32,000 nucleotides of DNA from Methanococcus maripaludis. Lineage in GTDB: Archaea; AGJL01; Methanococci; Methanococcales; Methanococcaceae. Made by a program: the position numbers and the translations under genes. Location of the stretch: NCBI RefSeq assembly GCF_002945325.1, contig NZ_CP026606.1, forward strand, positions 360,001 through 392,000. The letters run 5' to 3'. Shown one piece after another: positions 17,110 through 25,922 of the stretch (the stretch's first letter is position 1; every line of letters begins with the position of its first letter). The notes beneath the pieces are model-generated. The model had not been told where the DNA came from. It saw only the letters and a list, made by a program, of their open reading frames with translations, and searched no databases.

Positions 17110-17117
17110 TATATAAA
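17110..17117 (+). promoter_or_regulatory. TATA box candidate for C/D sRNA 1
   Basis: TATATAAA is centred about 27-33 nt upstream of the predicted 5' stem at 17147, the usual archaeal TATA-to-start spacing. Confidence 0.4.
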
Positions 17118-17146
17118 AGATGTTTAAAAAATCTTTTTTAAGTTAC

Positions 17147-17220
17147 GGTCTGTGATGAAAATAACCAGCTCTGAATTAAACTTTCGTTTAATAATGAAGA
17201 ACCGTATGAGCTCTGAGACC
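17147..17220 (+). ncRNA. Box C/D sRNA candidate 1 (2'-O-methylation guide)
   Basis: The candidate reads GGTC-t-GTGATGA(C)-AAATAACCAGCT(12 nt)-CTGA(D')-[ATTAAAC tttc GTTTAAT hairpin]-a-ATGAAGA(C')-ACCGTATGAGCT(12 nt)-CTGA(D)-GACC. The terminal GGTC/GACC stem, both 12-nt guides, the TATA box upstream and the T-runs downstream all fit. It lies in an otherwise empty 210-bp spacer. Confidence 0.6.
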
Positions 17221-17233
17221 AAAATATAATTTA

Positions 17234-17245
17234 TTTTTTATTTTT
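17234..17245 (+). terminator. Oligo-T tracts after C/D sRNA 1
   Basis: A T6 run and then a T5 run start 14 nt after the predicted 3' stem. Confidence 0.35.
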
Positions 17246-17305
17246 ATACGTTTAAAAAACAGTTATTTTTATTAACATTAAAAGTTAAAAAATTAAATAT
17301 ATGGG

Positions 17306-17515
17306 GTGGGAGCTTTGGTAGACGATATCAAAATCATATATTTAATGATGATCGGATTTACAATTTTGGGTGTTGGCTTATCTTTTAAATATTATTCAAG
17401 CCTTGATCCTGCTGTAAGATACATTATGCACGTTTTTTACGTCTTTGCACTCATTACTGCAACTTATTTACTTGCAAAGTCGTCAATGCCTGTAGAACAG
17501 CTTGAAGAAGCTTAA
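17306..17515 (+). CDS. Small hypothetical membrane protein (two predicted TM helices)
   Basis: 69-aa ORF with a GTG start. The alternative ATG at 17345 gives MMIGFTILGVGL... Two hydrophobic helices are visible, the SD is weak and nothing is recognisable. Coding status is uncertain. Confidence 0.35.
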   Translation: MGALVDDIKIIYLMMIGFTILGVGLSFKYYSSLDPAVRYIMHVFYVFALITATYLLAKSSMPVEQLEEA

Positions 17516-17520
17516 TAATT

Positions 17521-18288
17521 TTAAATATTTTCAAATAAGTATTTTAAAGCATCTTCTTCCATGAAGTGAAGTTTTCCAGGAATTATCACACAGTGAAGCG
17601 GGCTTTTAAAATCATAATTTAAAAGATCTTTTATTTTTCCATAGTACAGCCCGGGATTAATACTTCCAGCCCTTGCTACAACTGCAACTTTTGTTTCACC
17701 CGAAATTACGTTTTCTTTTCTTTTTTCTTCAATTTTTAAAAGTGCATCCAATCCTTCATTTGCAGTCATGAATCTTTCCTTATCTGCCTGAATATCTAAA
17801 AGGCAGAGTGTGTGGTACCCTAATTTTAAATTATCTTTTATAACGTCGTAAGGGGTTTCCGGGAAATAATTTGGTTCAGGAAATACTATTGACGTTGTTT
17901 TTCCAAATTTGTATAATTGAAGTCCAGTAATTCCTATTGCCGAGTAAATTGAAGGAGCATTTATAATTACAACTTCGATTCCTTTTTTTCTGGCCTCAAC
18001 TGCTATATCAACGTGCGTTGTTGCAACCATTGGGTCTCCTGCAGTTAAAAACATTATATCGTTATCTTTTGCTTCATCAATTAATTTATTCGTTTCATAC
18101 TCTACTTTTTCTCGATCCAAAACAGTTATTGGTTTTTGAAGCGTACTTTCAATTTTTTCCATTGTTGTTCCGGTAAGTATTGCCGTGTAAAATTCAGCGT
18201 AAATTTTATCAACTTTTTTTGCAAAGTCAAGCGTTTTTAGTGTAACGTCTCTTTCATCGTAAAGTCCAAGTCCTGCCATTACAAGCAT
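17521..18288 (-). CDS. dphB: Diphthine synthase
   Basis: 255 aa with MLVMAGLGLYDERDVTLKTL and FLTAGDPMVATTH, the tetrapyrrole-methylase fold of Dph5/DphB. GGGTGA SD present. Confidence 0.9.
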   Translation of the reverse strand: MLVMAGLGLYDERDVTLKTLDFAKKVDKIYAEFYTAILTGTTMEKIESTLQKPITVLDREKVEYETNKLIDEAKDNDIMFLTAGDPMVATTHVDIAVEARKKGIEVVIINAPSIYSAIGITGLQLYKFGKTTSIVFPEPNYFPETPYDVIKDNLKLGYHTLCLLDIQADKERFMTANEGLDALLKIEEKRKENVISGETKVAVVARAGSINPGLYYGKIKDLLNYDFKSPLHCVIIPGKLHFMEEDALKYLFENI

Positions 18289-18404
18289 TGTGTTTCACCC
18301 GATTTAATAAATAGAAATAATATCAATAATACTATATAGCTCATAAACTTAATTGTAAAATTAAAAATCATAACGTAAATTCTAACTGCTAACGGTGTAA
18401 TCTA

Positions 18405-19574
18405 ATGGACACTTATTTTTTATTTTTTATCATTCTAACTTCGATATTCATCGTACCTCAAATCCTGAAAAGGTTCAATGTCCCGACAATTACTGCCACA
18501 ATGCTTGCAGGAATACTTATCGGACCGTTTGGATTAAATATAATTCAGACCAGCACAACTCTTGACACTTTCGCAGCATTTGGAGTAATATTTTTGATGT
18601 TTTTGGCGGGGCTGGAAGTCGATAATGAAACACTTAAAGATGAATTTAAAAATTCCTTAGTTTTAAGCTTATTTTCCATGTTAATCCCCTCAATTGGAGG
18701 ATATTTAATCGGACAGTATTTTGGACTTGATTTTATTGGTTCATTACTTTATGCAGTAATATTTTCTTCACACTCAGTTGGAATCGTCTACGCACTCATG
18801 GATGAACTTGGACTCATAAAATCTCGATTCGGAACGACCGTAATTAGTGCATCTGTTGTAATCGACCTTATAAGTTTAATTGTTATTTCAATATTAATTA
18901 AAATGGGTGGAAGCGGGATAACTTCTGATATTATTCCATTTGTAGTTCTTATTGCGGCATATATCATTGCACTTCTCATAATAATTCCATTAATTTCAAA
19001 ATTAATATTAAAAGAGCTTAAAAAGTTTCACGTACAAAAAATCCACTTTATATTGCTTATAATACTAATTTCAATTATTGTTGGAGAACATATTGGAATT
19101 CACCCGATAATTGGCGCATTTATCATCGGAATTGCAGTTTCAGAAGAACTTACAAAAGAAGAACACGATCAGGTATTAAATGAAAACTTAAATGCAATTG
19201 GTTATGGAATATTTATCCCATTATTCTTCTTAAATTTAGGAATGACTACAGATATCAGCGTAATCTTTAATTTTGACAATATAAGCCTTATAATTGTATC
19301 AGTTGTAACATTAATAGGCCTTAAAATTAGTTCAGGATATTTTTCACTTAGAATTTTAGATTATGACAAATTAAAAAGTTTTTGTGGGGGCCTTTTGACC
19401 GTTCCATCCCTTACTGCCTCACTTGTTGGTGCAACCCTTGGAAGAGACCTTGGGATACTTCCTGAAAAATTCTTTGTCTCTGTTGTGGTCATAGCACTTT
19501 TAACTTCAACAGTTGCTCCAATATACGTTAAAAGCTTGGTTTCTAAAAATTACGACAAATTAAAATTAAATTAA
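18405..19574 (+). CDS. Cation:proton antiporter (CPA2/Kef-type Na+/H+ exchanger family), membrane domain only
   Basis: 389 aa and hydrophobic almost throughout, with about 11-12 TM segments. Family-like motifs are LAGILIGPFGLN and FLMFLAGLEVD. There is no C-terminal KTN/RCK domain. Confidence 0.8.
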   Translation: MDTYFLFFIILTSIFIVPQILKRFNVPTITATMLAGILIGPFGLNIIQTSTTLDTFAAFGVIFLMFLAGLEVDNETLKDEFKNSLVLSLFSMLIPSIGGYLIGQYFGLDFIGSLLYAVIFSSHSVGIVYALMDELGLIKSRFGTTVISASVVIDLISLIVISILIKMGGSGITSDIIPFVVLIAAYIIALLIIIPLISKLILKELKKFHVQKIHFILLIILISIIVGEHIGIHPIIGAFIIGIAVSEELTKEEHDQVLNENLNAIGYGIFIPLFFLNLGMTTDISVIFNFDNISLIIVSVVTLIGLKISSGYFSLRILDYDKLKSFCGGLLTVPSLTASLVGATLGRDLGILPEKFFVSVVVIALLTSTVAPIYVKSLVSKNYDKLKLN

Positions 19575-19600
19575 GATAAAATTCAAAATAAGGGAAAAAT

Positions 19601-20299
19601 ATGGAATATAAAGAAACTTTCCAAAAAATTTACGACCATTTATTTAATTTATACGGGCCACAAGGCTGGTGGCCACTTTTGGAAGTAAATGGATGTAATC
19701 CAACAAAAACTGGCTCGGTAAATGGATACCATCCAAATAATTATGATTATCCAAAAACAAAAAATCAGTGTTTTGAAATCTGCGTCGGTGCAATTTTAAC
19801 CCAGAACACGTCTTGGCCATCTGTTGAAAAATCATTGAAAAATTTAAGGAACTTAATAGAAATAACTCCTGAAAATATACATAATTTGGATATTGAACAG
19901 TTAAAAGAAGCAATTAAACCAAGTGGATACTACAATCAAAAATCGATACGTTTAAAAAGTTTTTCAGAATTTTTTACAAAATTAAATAATGTTCCAACGC
20001 GAGAAGAACTGCTAAAATTAAACGGGGTTGGCCCTGAAACTGCAGATTCAATGCTTTTGTATGCATTTAAAGTTCCCAGTTTTGTAGTTGATACATATAC
20101 AAAAAGAATACTGATTAACTTAAATTTAATTGAAGGTAGCGAAAAATACGATAAAATTAAAGGATTATTCGAAGAAAATATTCCAAAAAACCTTGAAATA
20201 TATCAAGAATATCACGCACTGATTGTTGAGCATGCTAAAAATTACTACCGAAAAAAAGAAAATTATTGCAAATGTCCACTTCTAAAAATAATAAGATAA
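19601..20299 (+). CDS. HhH-GPD DNA glycosylase, endonuclease III-related (COG2231-like, no Fe-S cluster motif)
   Basis: AILTQNTSW and the helix-hairpin-helix LKLNGVGPETADSMLLYAF followed by VVDTY. The C-terminus lacks the CX6CX2CX5C cluster of Nth. Confidence 0.75.
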   Translation: MEYKETFQKIYDHLFNLYGPQGWWPLLEVNGCNPTKTGSVNGYHPNNYDYPKTKNQCFEICVGAILTQNTSWPSVEKSLKNLRNLIEITPENIHNLDIEQLKEAIKPSGYYNQKSIRLKSFSEFFTKLNNVPTREELLKLNGVGPETADSMLLYAFKVPSFVVDTYTKRILINLNLIEGSEKYDKIKGLFEENIPKNLEIYQEYHALIVEHAKNYYRKKENYCKCPLLKIIR

Positions 20300-20303
20300 G
20301 TTA

Positions 20304-20741
20304 TTATTCAGAAGATTTCACTAAAAGTACCGGGCAGTGTGATTTTTTCAAAACCCTCTCTGCAACGCTTCCAAGTAATAATTTATCGAGTCCTGTTTTT
20401 CCAGTTGTACCCATGACAATTAAATCTGCGTTCTTAGCTTCTGCATATTCAACAATTTCTTTTGATGGAGTTCCTTCCAAAATTTCAGTCTTTATTTCAA
20501 CGCCTTTTTCTCTCGCAATGTCTGTTAAAGTTCTAAGCGCGGTGTGACCTTCTTTTTCTAAAACTTCCTTCATGCTTTCCCAAAGCCCTTCGGTAGGGAG
20601 TCCTACGAATGGAACGATGTCGATTACATAAATTCCGTAAACCCTTCCATCAGTAGCTTTTGCCAAATCAATTGCCTGCTCTGCAGCTTCTATTGATATT
20701 TTTGATCCGTCTGTGGGCATAATAATTTTTTTATAAGCCAT
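20304..20741 (-). CDS. Universal stress protein (UspA family)
   Basis: 145 aa with KIIMPTDGS and the ATP-binding type motif IVMGTTGKTGLDKLLLGSVAERVLKKSHCPVLLV. GGGGTGA SD present. Confidence 0.85.
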   Translation of the reverse strand: MAYKKIIMPTDGSKISIEAAEQAIDLAKATDGRVYGIYVIDIVPFVGLPTEGLWESMKEVLEKEGHTALRTLTDIAREKGVEIKTEILEGTPSKEIVEYAEAKNADLIVMGTTGKTGLDKLLLGSVAERVLKKSHCPVLLVKSSE

Positions 20742-20909
20742 AAATTCACCCCGTTCTAATTAATTTAATATTAATTTTTAAAATATATATTACTATTTAT
20801 TTAAATCGATTAAAACAGCTAAAATAAGATGTTTTGACTGATTTACTATCCTTAAGCATTCAACCAAAAACTAATATATAAACAATATTTAAATAGGTTA
20901 AATAAATCA

Positions 20910-20917
20910 TTTATACA
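20910..20917 (+). promoter_or_regulatory. TATA box candidate for C/D sRNA 2
   Basis: TTTATACA is centred about 25 nt upstream of the predicted 5' stem at 20938. Confidence 0.45.
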
Positions 20918-20937
20918 TCTTATTGATATTATTTAAA

Positions 20938-21006
20938 AACAGATGATGATGAAAAGAGGGTTATCTGATTAATCGTGATGATATCTTTCATATAGCTGAA
21001 TCTGTT
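20938..21006 (+). ncRNA. Box C/D sRNA candidate 2 (2'-O-methylation guide)
   Basis: The candidate reads AACAGA-tg-ATGATGA(C)-AAAGAGGGTTAT(12 nt)-CTGA(D')-ttaatc-GTGATGA(C')-TATCTTTCATATAG(14 nt)-CTGA(D)-a-TCTGTT. It has a 6-bp terminal stem (AACAGA/TCTGTT), a TATA box at the right distance and a T6 run right after the stem. Two caveats apply: the C box register is ambiguous in GATGATGATGA, and the second guide is 14 nt rather than 12. Confidence 0.55.
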
Positions 21007-21007
21007 A

Positions 21008-21013
21008 TTTTTT
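21008..21013 (+). terminator. Oligo-T tract immediately after C/D sRNA 2
   Basis: A T6 run starts 2 nt after the terminal stem. Confidence 0.4.
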
Positions 21014-21108
21014 ATTATTCAAGAGATTACAAATATAAATTCAAAAACACAAGTTCATGATAACATATTCGTATTACTCATATTCATATCATCAATATTA
21101 TGTTGAAA

Positions 21109-21118
21109 TTTTTATAAA
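21109..21118 (+). promoter_or_regulatory. TATA box candidate for valS
   Basis: TTTTTATAAA lies about 50 nt upstream of ATG 21164. The expected transcription start is near 21140, which leaves a leader containing the GAGGG SD. Confidence 0.35.
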
Positions 21119-21163
21119 CTTTTATCGCTTTTAACGTTAATTTACCGCAAATTGAGGGAAATA

Positions 21164-23824
21164 ATGGAAATAAAAGAAGAATATTCAGTAGAACTTGAAA
21201 AAAAAGTTCAGGAAAAATGGGAAGATGAAAAAACGTTCAAATTTTTAGATGATGAAAAAAGACCTCCTTACATCATCGATACTCCACCACCATACCCAAC
21301 AGGTAGAATGCACCTTGGACACGGCCTTAACTGGACATACATGGACATTATTGCGAGATTTAAAAGAATGAATGGATACGACGTGCTTTTTCCCCAAGGT
21401 TGGGATTGCCACGGACTTCCAACAGAAGTTAAAGTTGAAGAATTGAACAATATCACAAAGTCCGACATAGACAGACATGAATTTAGAAGACTCTGTGTAG
21501 AATTAACCGATGAAAACGTAGAAAAAATGAGAGGCCAAGTCAGATCCCTTGGAATCTCAATTGACTGGGATAGAGAATACATTACAATGAATCCAGACTA
21601 CGTTAGAAAATCACAGACTGCATTTTTAAAAATGTACGAAAAAGGTTTAATCTACAGGGGAAAACACCCTGTAAACTGGTGTCCTAGATGTGAAACAGCG
21701 ATTGCATTTGCTGAAGTGGAATATCAAGGAAGAACTTCAAAATTAAACTACATAAAATTCCCATATGCAGAAAATAGTGAAAAATACCTTGAAATTGCAA
21801 CTTCAAGACCTGAATTAATGGCTGCATGTGTTGGAATTGTAGTTCATCCTGAAGATGAAAGATACAGCGACGTTGTTGGAAAAACCGTAAAAGTACCATT
21901 ATTTAATCAGGAAGTTAATGTGTACCCAGATTCCGATGTTGAAAAAGAATTCGGTACTGGAGTTGTAATGGTCTGTACGTTTGGTGACAAAACTGACGTT
22001 ACATGGGTAAACAGGCACAAATTAGAAGTTAAAAAAGCAATTAACGAAAAAGGACAATTAACGGAAATCTGCGGAAAATACGCCGGTAAAAAGTCAGATG
22101 ATGCGAGAAAAGAAATTATTTCTGATTTAATTTCTGAAAATTACATGATAAAACAGGAACCTCTCGAACAAAACGTTGGTTCATGCTGGAGATGTAAAAC
22201 ACCTATCGAAATCATTGTTGGGGACCAGTGGTTTGTAAACGTTACAAAATTATTAAATGAAGTAGAAAACGCTGCAAACGAAATATCTTGGGTTCCCGAA
22301 CACATGAAAGCAAGGCTCATGAAATGGATTGAAGATATGGGCTGGGACTGGTGTATTTCAAGACAGAGATTGTTTGCAACCCCTATTCCAGTATGGTACT
22401 GTAAAGACTGTGGAGAAGTTATTGTAGCTAAACCTGAAGATTTACCAATAGATCCAACAAAAGAAAGTCCATACACCTGCAAATGCGGAAACTCAGACCT
22501 TGTTGCAGAAACTGATGTATTAGATACATGGATGGATTCATCAATTACTCCATTAGTTATAGCAGGATGGCTTGAAGATGAAGAATTTTTCAAAAAACAC
22601 TACCCTGTTCAATTGAGACCTCAAGGCCACGATATCATCAGAACTTGGGCATTTTACACAATGGTTAGATCACTTGCAATTACTGGAGAAAAACCATGGG
22701 ATGAAATCGTAATTAACGGAATGGTTTTCGGTGAAGATGGATTTAAGATGAGTAAAAGTAGGGGAAACGTTGTAGAACCTGGAGAAATTACTAAAACTTA
22801 CGGTGCAGATGCTTTAAGGTTATGGGCTTCAAACAGCACTATTGGAAAAGATGTTCCATTTGCCTGGAAAGAAGTTGAATATGGCGGAAGATTTTTGCGA
22901 AAAATATGGAATGCGTGTAAATTTGCAAAAATGAACATTTCAGATGAAACAATTTCCAAATTAAAATCATTAAAAAGTATTTCAATTGAAAATCCAGTTG
23001 ATTTATGGATTTTGAGTAAGTTGAATAATTTAATTTCAAAAGTTTCCGAGGACCTTGGAAATTACAAAATAAACACAGTTGTAGAAATTCAGAAATTTTT
23101 ATGGCACGAATTCTGCGACAACTACATTGAAATGGTAAAACACAGGCTCTATAATAAGGAAGAATCTGAAAGCGCCCAACAAGAAAAATTAATGGCCCAA
23201 CACACGCTTTACAAAGTAATTACAGAATCTGTAAAATTACTTACGCCATTTACACCACACTTTGCAGAAATCGTTGGAGAAATCTATGAAATTGATGATT
23301 TGCATACATCATGGCCATTTGCAGATGAAAGCTTGATAAGTTTAGAAAACGAATTTGTCGGAGAAGTTGCAAAAAATACAGTTGCATCAATTAGAAGATA
23401 TAAATCAAACAAAGGAATGCCACTTAATTCAGAATTAAACAAAGTTGAAATGTACGTAAGCGATAAAAAAGACTTTGATGCTCTTTCAAAAGTTTCCAAA
23501 GATGTTAAAAAATCTTTAAAAATTAAAGAACTTGAACTAAATCTTGGAAAACCGCTCCTGGAACAAAAAATTTCAGAAGTAACCCCTAACAAATCCAAAA
23601 TCGGTCCAGAATTTAAAAAAGATGCTGGAAAAGTAACTGCATTTATTAAAGAAGCAGATGCAGAAACAATTGAAAAAATCCTTTCAGAAGGAATTGAAAC
23701 CGAATTTGGTGCTTTAAACAAAGAACACATCAAAGAAGTAAAAAGAGCGATATATAACAAAGGAGAAATTGTTGAAACTGCAGATATCGACAGTTTAATT
23801 GATACCATTGCAATAATTCAATAA
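21164..23824 (+). CDS. valS: Valyl-tRNA synthetase
   Basis: Class I aaRS with the HIGH-type motif [15 protein letters not shown] (FKMSKSRGN), an editing-domain insertion and [18 protein letters not shown]. The length (886 aa from ATG 21164, GAGGG SD) fits archaeal ValRS rather than IleRS or LeuRS. The ORF-track TTG at 21152 was rejected as the start. Confidence 0.85.
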   Translation: MEIKEEYSVELEKKVQEKWEDEKTFKFLDDEKRPPYIIDTPPPYPTGRMHLGHGLNWTYMDIIARFKRMNGYDVLFPQGWDCHGLPTEVKVEELNNITKSDIDRHEFRRLCVELTDENVEKMRGQVRSLGISIDWDREYITMNPDYVRKSQTAFLKMYEKGLIYRGKHPVNWCPRCETAIAFAEVEYQGRTSKLNYIKFPYAENSEKYLEIATSRPELMAACVGIVVHPEDERYSDVVGKTVKVPLFNQEVNVYPDSDVEKEFGTGVVMVCTFGDKTDVTWVNRHKLEVKKAINEKGQLTEICGKYAGKKSDDARKEIISDLISENYMIKQEPLEQNVGSCWRCKTPIEIIVGDQWFVNVTKLLNEVENAANEISWVPEHMKARLMKWIEDMGWDWCISRQRLFATPIPVWYCKDCGEVIVAKPEDLPIDPTKESPYTCKCGNSDLVAETDVLDTWMDSSITPLVIAGWLEDEEFFKKHYPVQLRPQGHDIIRTWAFYTMVRSLAITGEKPWDEIVINGMVFGEDGFKMSKSRGNVVEPGEITKTYGADALRLWASNSTIGKDVPFAWKEVEYGGRFLRKIWNACKFAKMNISDETISKLKSLKSISIENPVDLWILSKLNNLISKVSEDLGNYKINTVVEIQKFLWHEFCDNYIEMVKHRLYNKEESESAQQEKLMAQHTLYKVITESVKLLTPFTPHFAEIVGEIYEIDDLHTSWPFADESLISLENEFVGEVAKNTVASIRRYKSNKGMPLNSELNKVEMYVSDKKDFDALSKVSKDVKKSLKIKELELNLGKPLLEQKISEVTPNKSKIGPEFKKDAGKVTAFIKEADAETIEKILSEGIETEFGALNKEHIKEVKRAIYNKGEIVETADIDSLIDTIAIIQ

Positions 23825-23835
23825 TTTTAACTTAA

Positions 23836-23842
23836 TTTTTTT
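23836..23842. terminator. Oligo-T/A-rich spacer between convergent valS and azlD
   Basis: A T7 run 12 nt after the valS stop. Further T-runs follow up to 23880. Confidence 0.3.
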
Positions 23843-23900
23843 CAAAATTTTAATATTTTTTTAATATTTTTATTTTTTTAGTCAGTTTCATTTTTAAAAT

Positions 23901-24209
23901 TTAAATCAACATTTGTGCCAGATATGCACCAATTATCCCGCCAAATACAACAATTATCACGTTTAATCGATAGTATGCGAGGATTAAAGAAACAATTCCT
24001 CCAAAAACTGCTGAATAGATATTTCCGGTTGAATAGATTATCCCAGGAAAGATTAAAGATGCAAGAGCCGCGTAAGGGATGTAGCTAAAAAATGCCCTCC
24101 AAAAATGTGGCAGTTTTGCATCTTTAAACAGCACGATCGGAAGCATTCTTGGAATATACGTTACAATTGCCATGAATATTACTAATAATACCATTTCTTC
24201 CCTACTCAT
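23901..24209 (-). CDS. azlD: Branched-chain amino acid transport protein AzlD
   Basis: Small 4-TM protein (LVIFMAIVTYIPRMLPIVLF...) directly after azlC. I place the start at ATG 24209 (MSREEM, GGTGA SD 5 nt upstream), which overlaps the azlC stop by 8 nt (ATGAGTAG). In-frame ATGs at 24215 and 24221 are alternatives. Confidence 0.7.
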   Translation of the reverse strand: MSREEMVLLVIFMAIVTYIPRMLPIVLFKDAKLPHFWRAFFSYIPYAALASLIFPGIIYSTGNIYSAVFGGIVSLILAYYRLNVIIVVFGGIIGAYLAQMLI

Positions 24210-24918
24210 CGCCATCACCATGTATAAACTTAGCTCCGATAAATGACGCCACAATAGTCGTAATAATAATTATCCAGCCTGTTGAAATAAATTTAAACAC
24301 TGGAACCCATGTCAGAGCTGAACTGATAAATATTGCAACTAAAACGATTTTTAAAACCTTGGTCGAACGCCTGACTGCAGGGATTAAAAGCCCGATGAAC
24401 ATTACATAAAGAGAAATTCCCATACTACTCTGTATTTCTTTTGGAATGCTTTCTGCTAAAAAAATTCCAAGAAAGGTTCCAAAATTCCAGGCAAAAAACG
24501 CAGTGAAATTCAATCCAAACAAAAATTCAGGGCTTAATTTTAGTTCTTCTTTTAATGAAGCTACTGCAAAAGTTTCGTCAGTTACTCCAAAAGAGATTAA
24601 ACTTAAAAATTTTTTAGATTTTGTATAATCAATCCTCTGCGAAAGTGAAGAAGACATTAAAAAGTGCCTTAAATTTAATATAAACGTGGTTAAAACTATT
24701 TCAAAAGACGAAGTTCCAATAGCAATTAAATTGACCCCTACAAACTGGCTTGCGCCTGCAAATATGATCAATGACATCAAAATTGAAATTTCGTAAGGAA
24801 TCCCCATCGATTTTGCCAAAACCCCGAAAGCTATCCCAATCGGAAGATAACCTATAGATATAGGAATTGCATCTTTTATTCCTTCAAAATACAGTTTATT
24901 AAAGGATAACTGTTTCAT
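24202..24918 (-). CDS. azlC: Branched-chain amino acid permease component AzlC
   Basis: 238 aa, polytopic. The N-terminal GIKDAIPISIGYLPIGIAFGVLA and FAGASQFV are typical AzlC motifs. Confidence 0.85.
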   Translation of the reverse strand: MKQLSFNKLYFEGIKDAIPISIGYLPIGIAFGVLAKSMGIPYEISILMSLIIFAGASQFVGVNLIAIGTSSFEIVLTTFILNLRHFLMSSSLSQRIDYTKSKKFLSLISFGVTDETFAVASLKEELKLSPEFLFGLNFTAFFAWNFGTFLGIFLAESIPKEIQSSMGISLYVMFIGLLIPAVRRSTKVLKIVLVAIFISSALTWVPVFKFISTGWIIIITTIVASFIGAKFIHGDGDE

Positions 24919-25063
24919 AATTTCTCCAAATTCATAATTAGTTTCTTAAATTATTTAAAATTCTGTTTACAAAACTTAAAAGTATTCCTGATAATATATA
25001 TGTTCAGTATATAATACTTTTTGTATGGTATATAATACATTACATAAAAAAAATAGTAAAATT

Positions 25064-25846
25064 TTAAATTTCAAAAACACTGCCAACGTGTCCAAATTTA
25101 AATCCTGATATGTCACTTAATTCTTTTGTTGCATTAAAGCCAGTGCAGTGCACGGGTGAAATTAATTTAAAGTTTTGAGTCATTAAATAATTTTTAACCT
25201 GATTTATGTAAGTTTCAGATGCAGTTCCCATGTGAAAACCGCCGATAATTCCATTTACTTTTTTTAGGGTTTTTGCATGATTAATACAATTAATTAATCC
25301 GCTGTGGGTGCATCCTGAAAGAATTATATCTTTTACGATAACAAACATGTCATCAATTATGATATCATCCACTCTTTGACCATTTTCAATCATTTCAAAG
25401 TCTTCTCTTTCGTAAAAGTTAGTTCGGGGAATAGTTCCTGAAATTATTAAATTTTCTGAAATTTTAAATGGATCTTCGATGAGTTTTAAATTTTTGTAAT
25501 CTTTCAAGAAATTTTTTATACTCTCATCGATTCCGATGTATCTTTCTCCGTGGTACCTATCAACAAATGCGGATTTGTGAATATAAATTGGAACATCTAA
25601 ATTTTCCCCATATTTTTCAATAAAATAATTAAATCCATCAGTATGGTCGTAGTGGCCGTGGCTAAAGATTACTGCATCAAAAATATCATCTTCACCCATT
25701 AATTTTAAATTATTTTCAAAAACCTGAGCGTTTTGGCCACAATCAAACAATATCTTCGAATCTTCATCTTTTATAATTGCTGAAAATCCTGACTGTGCTA
25801 AAAACTTTCCTTTCGCAGTATTGTCTACAAGTATTTTTATTTCCAT
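25064..25846 (-). CDS. Metallo-beta-lactamase fold protein (COG1237-type; possibly the methanopterin-pathway DHPS-like enzyme family)
   Basis: 260 aa with MEIKILVDNTA..ILFDCG and the HxHxDH motif SHGHYDHTDG. AAGGTGG SD present. The specific function is inferred only from my recollection that this small MBL family includes the M. jannaschii dihydropterin-methyl-ribofuranosylaminobenzene-phosphate synthase. Confidence 0.6.
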   Translation of the reverse strand: MEIKILVDNTAKGKFLAQSGFSAIIKDEDSKILFDCGQNAQVFENNLKLMGEDDIFDAVIFSHGHYDHTDGFNYFIEKYGENLDVPIYIHKSAFVDRYHGERYIGIDESIKNFLKDYKNLKLIEDPFKISENLIISGTIPRTNFYEREDFEMIENGQRVDDIIIDDMFVIVKDIILSGCTHSGLINCINHAKTLKKVNGIIGGFHMGTASETYINQVKNYLMTQNFKLISPVHCTGFNATKELSDISGFKFGHVGSVFEI

Positions 25847-25922
25847 GAAAAACCACCTTAAGAAATATTTAAATCATCTGTTTTTATATATTATAGGAGT
25901 AACTGTTTTATATAAAACACAT

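Noticed and set aside
21245-23808. Several minus-strand ORFs (77-174 aa) inside valS
   Set aside because: They are antisense shadows of a strongly supported 886-aa class I aaRS gene. None has a motif, an SD or the local compositional bias of real genes.
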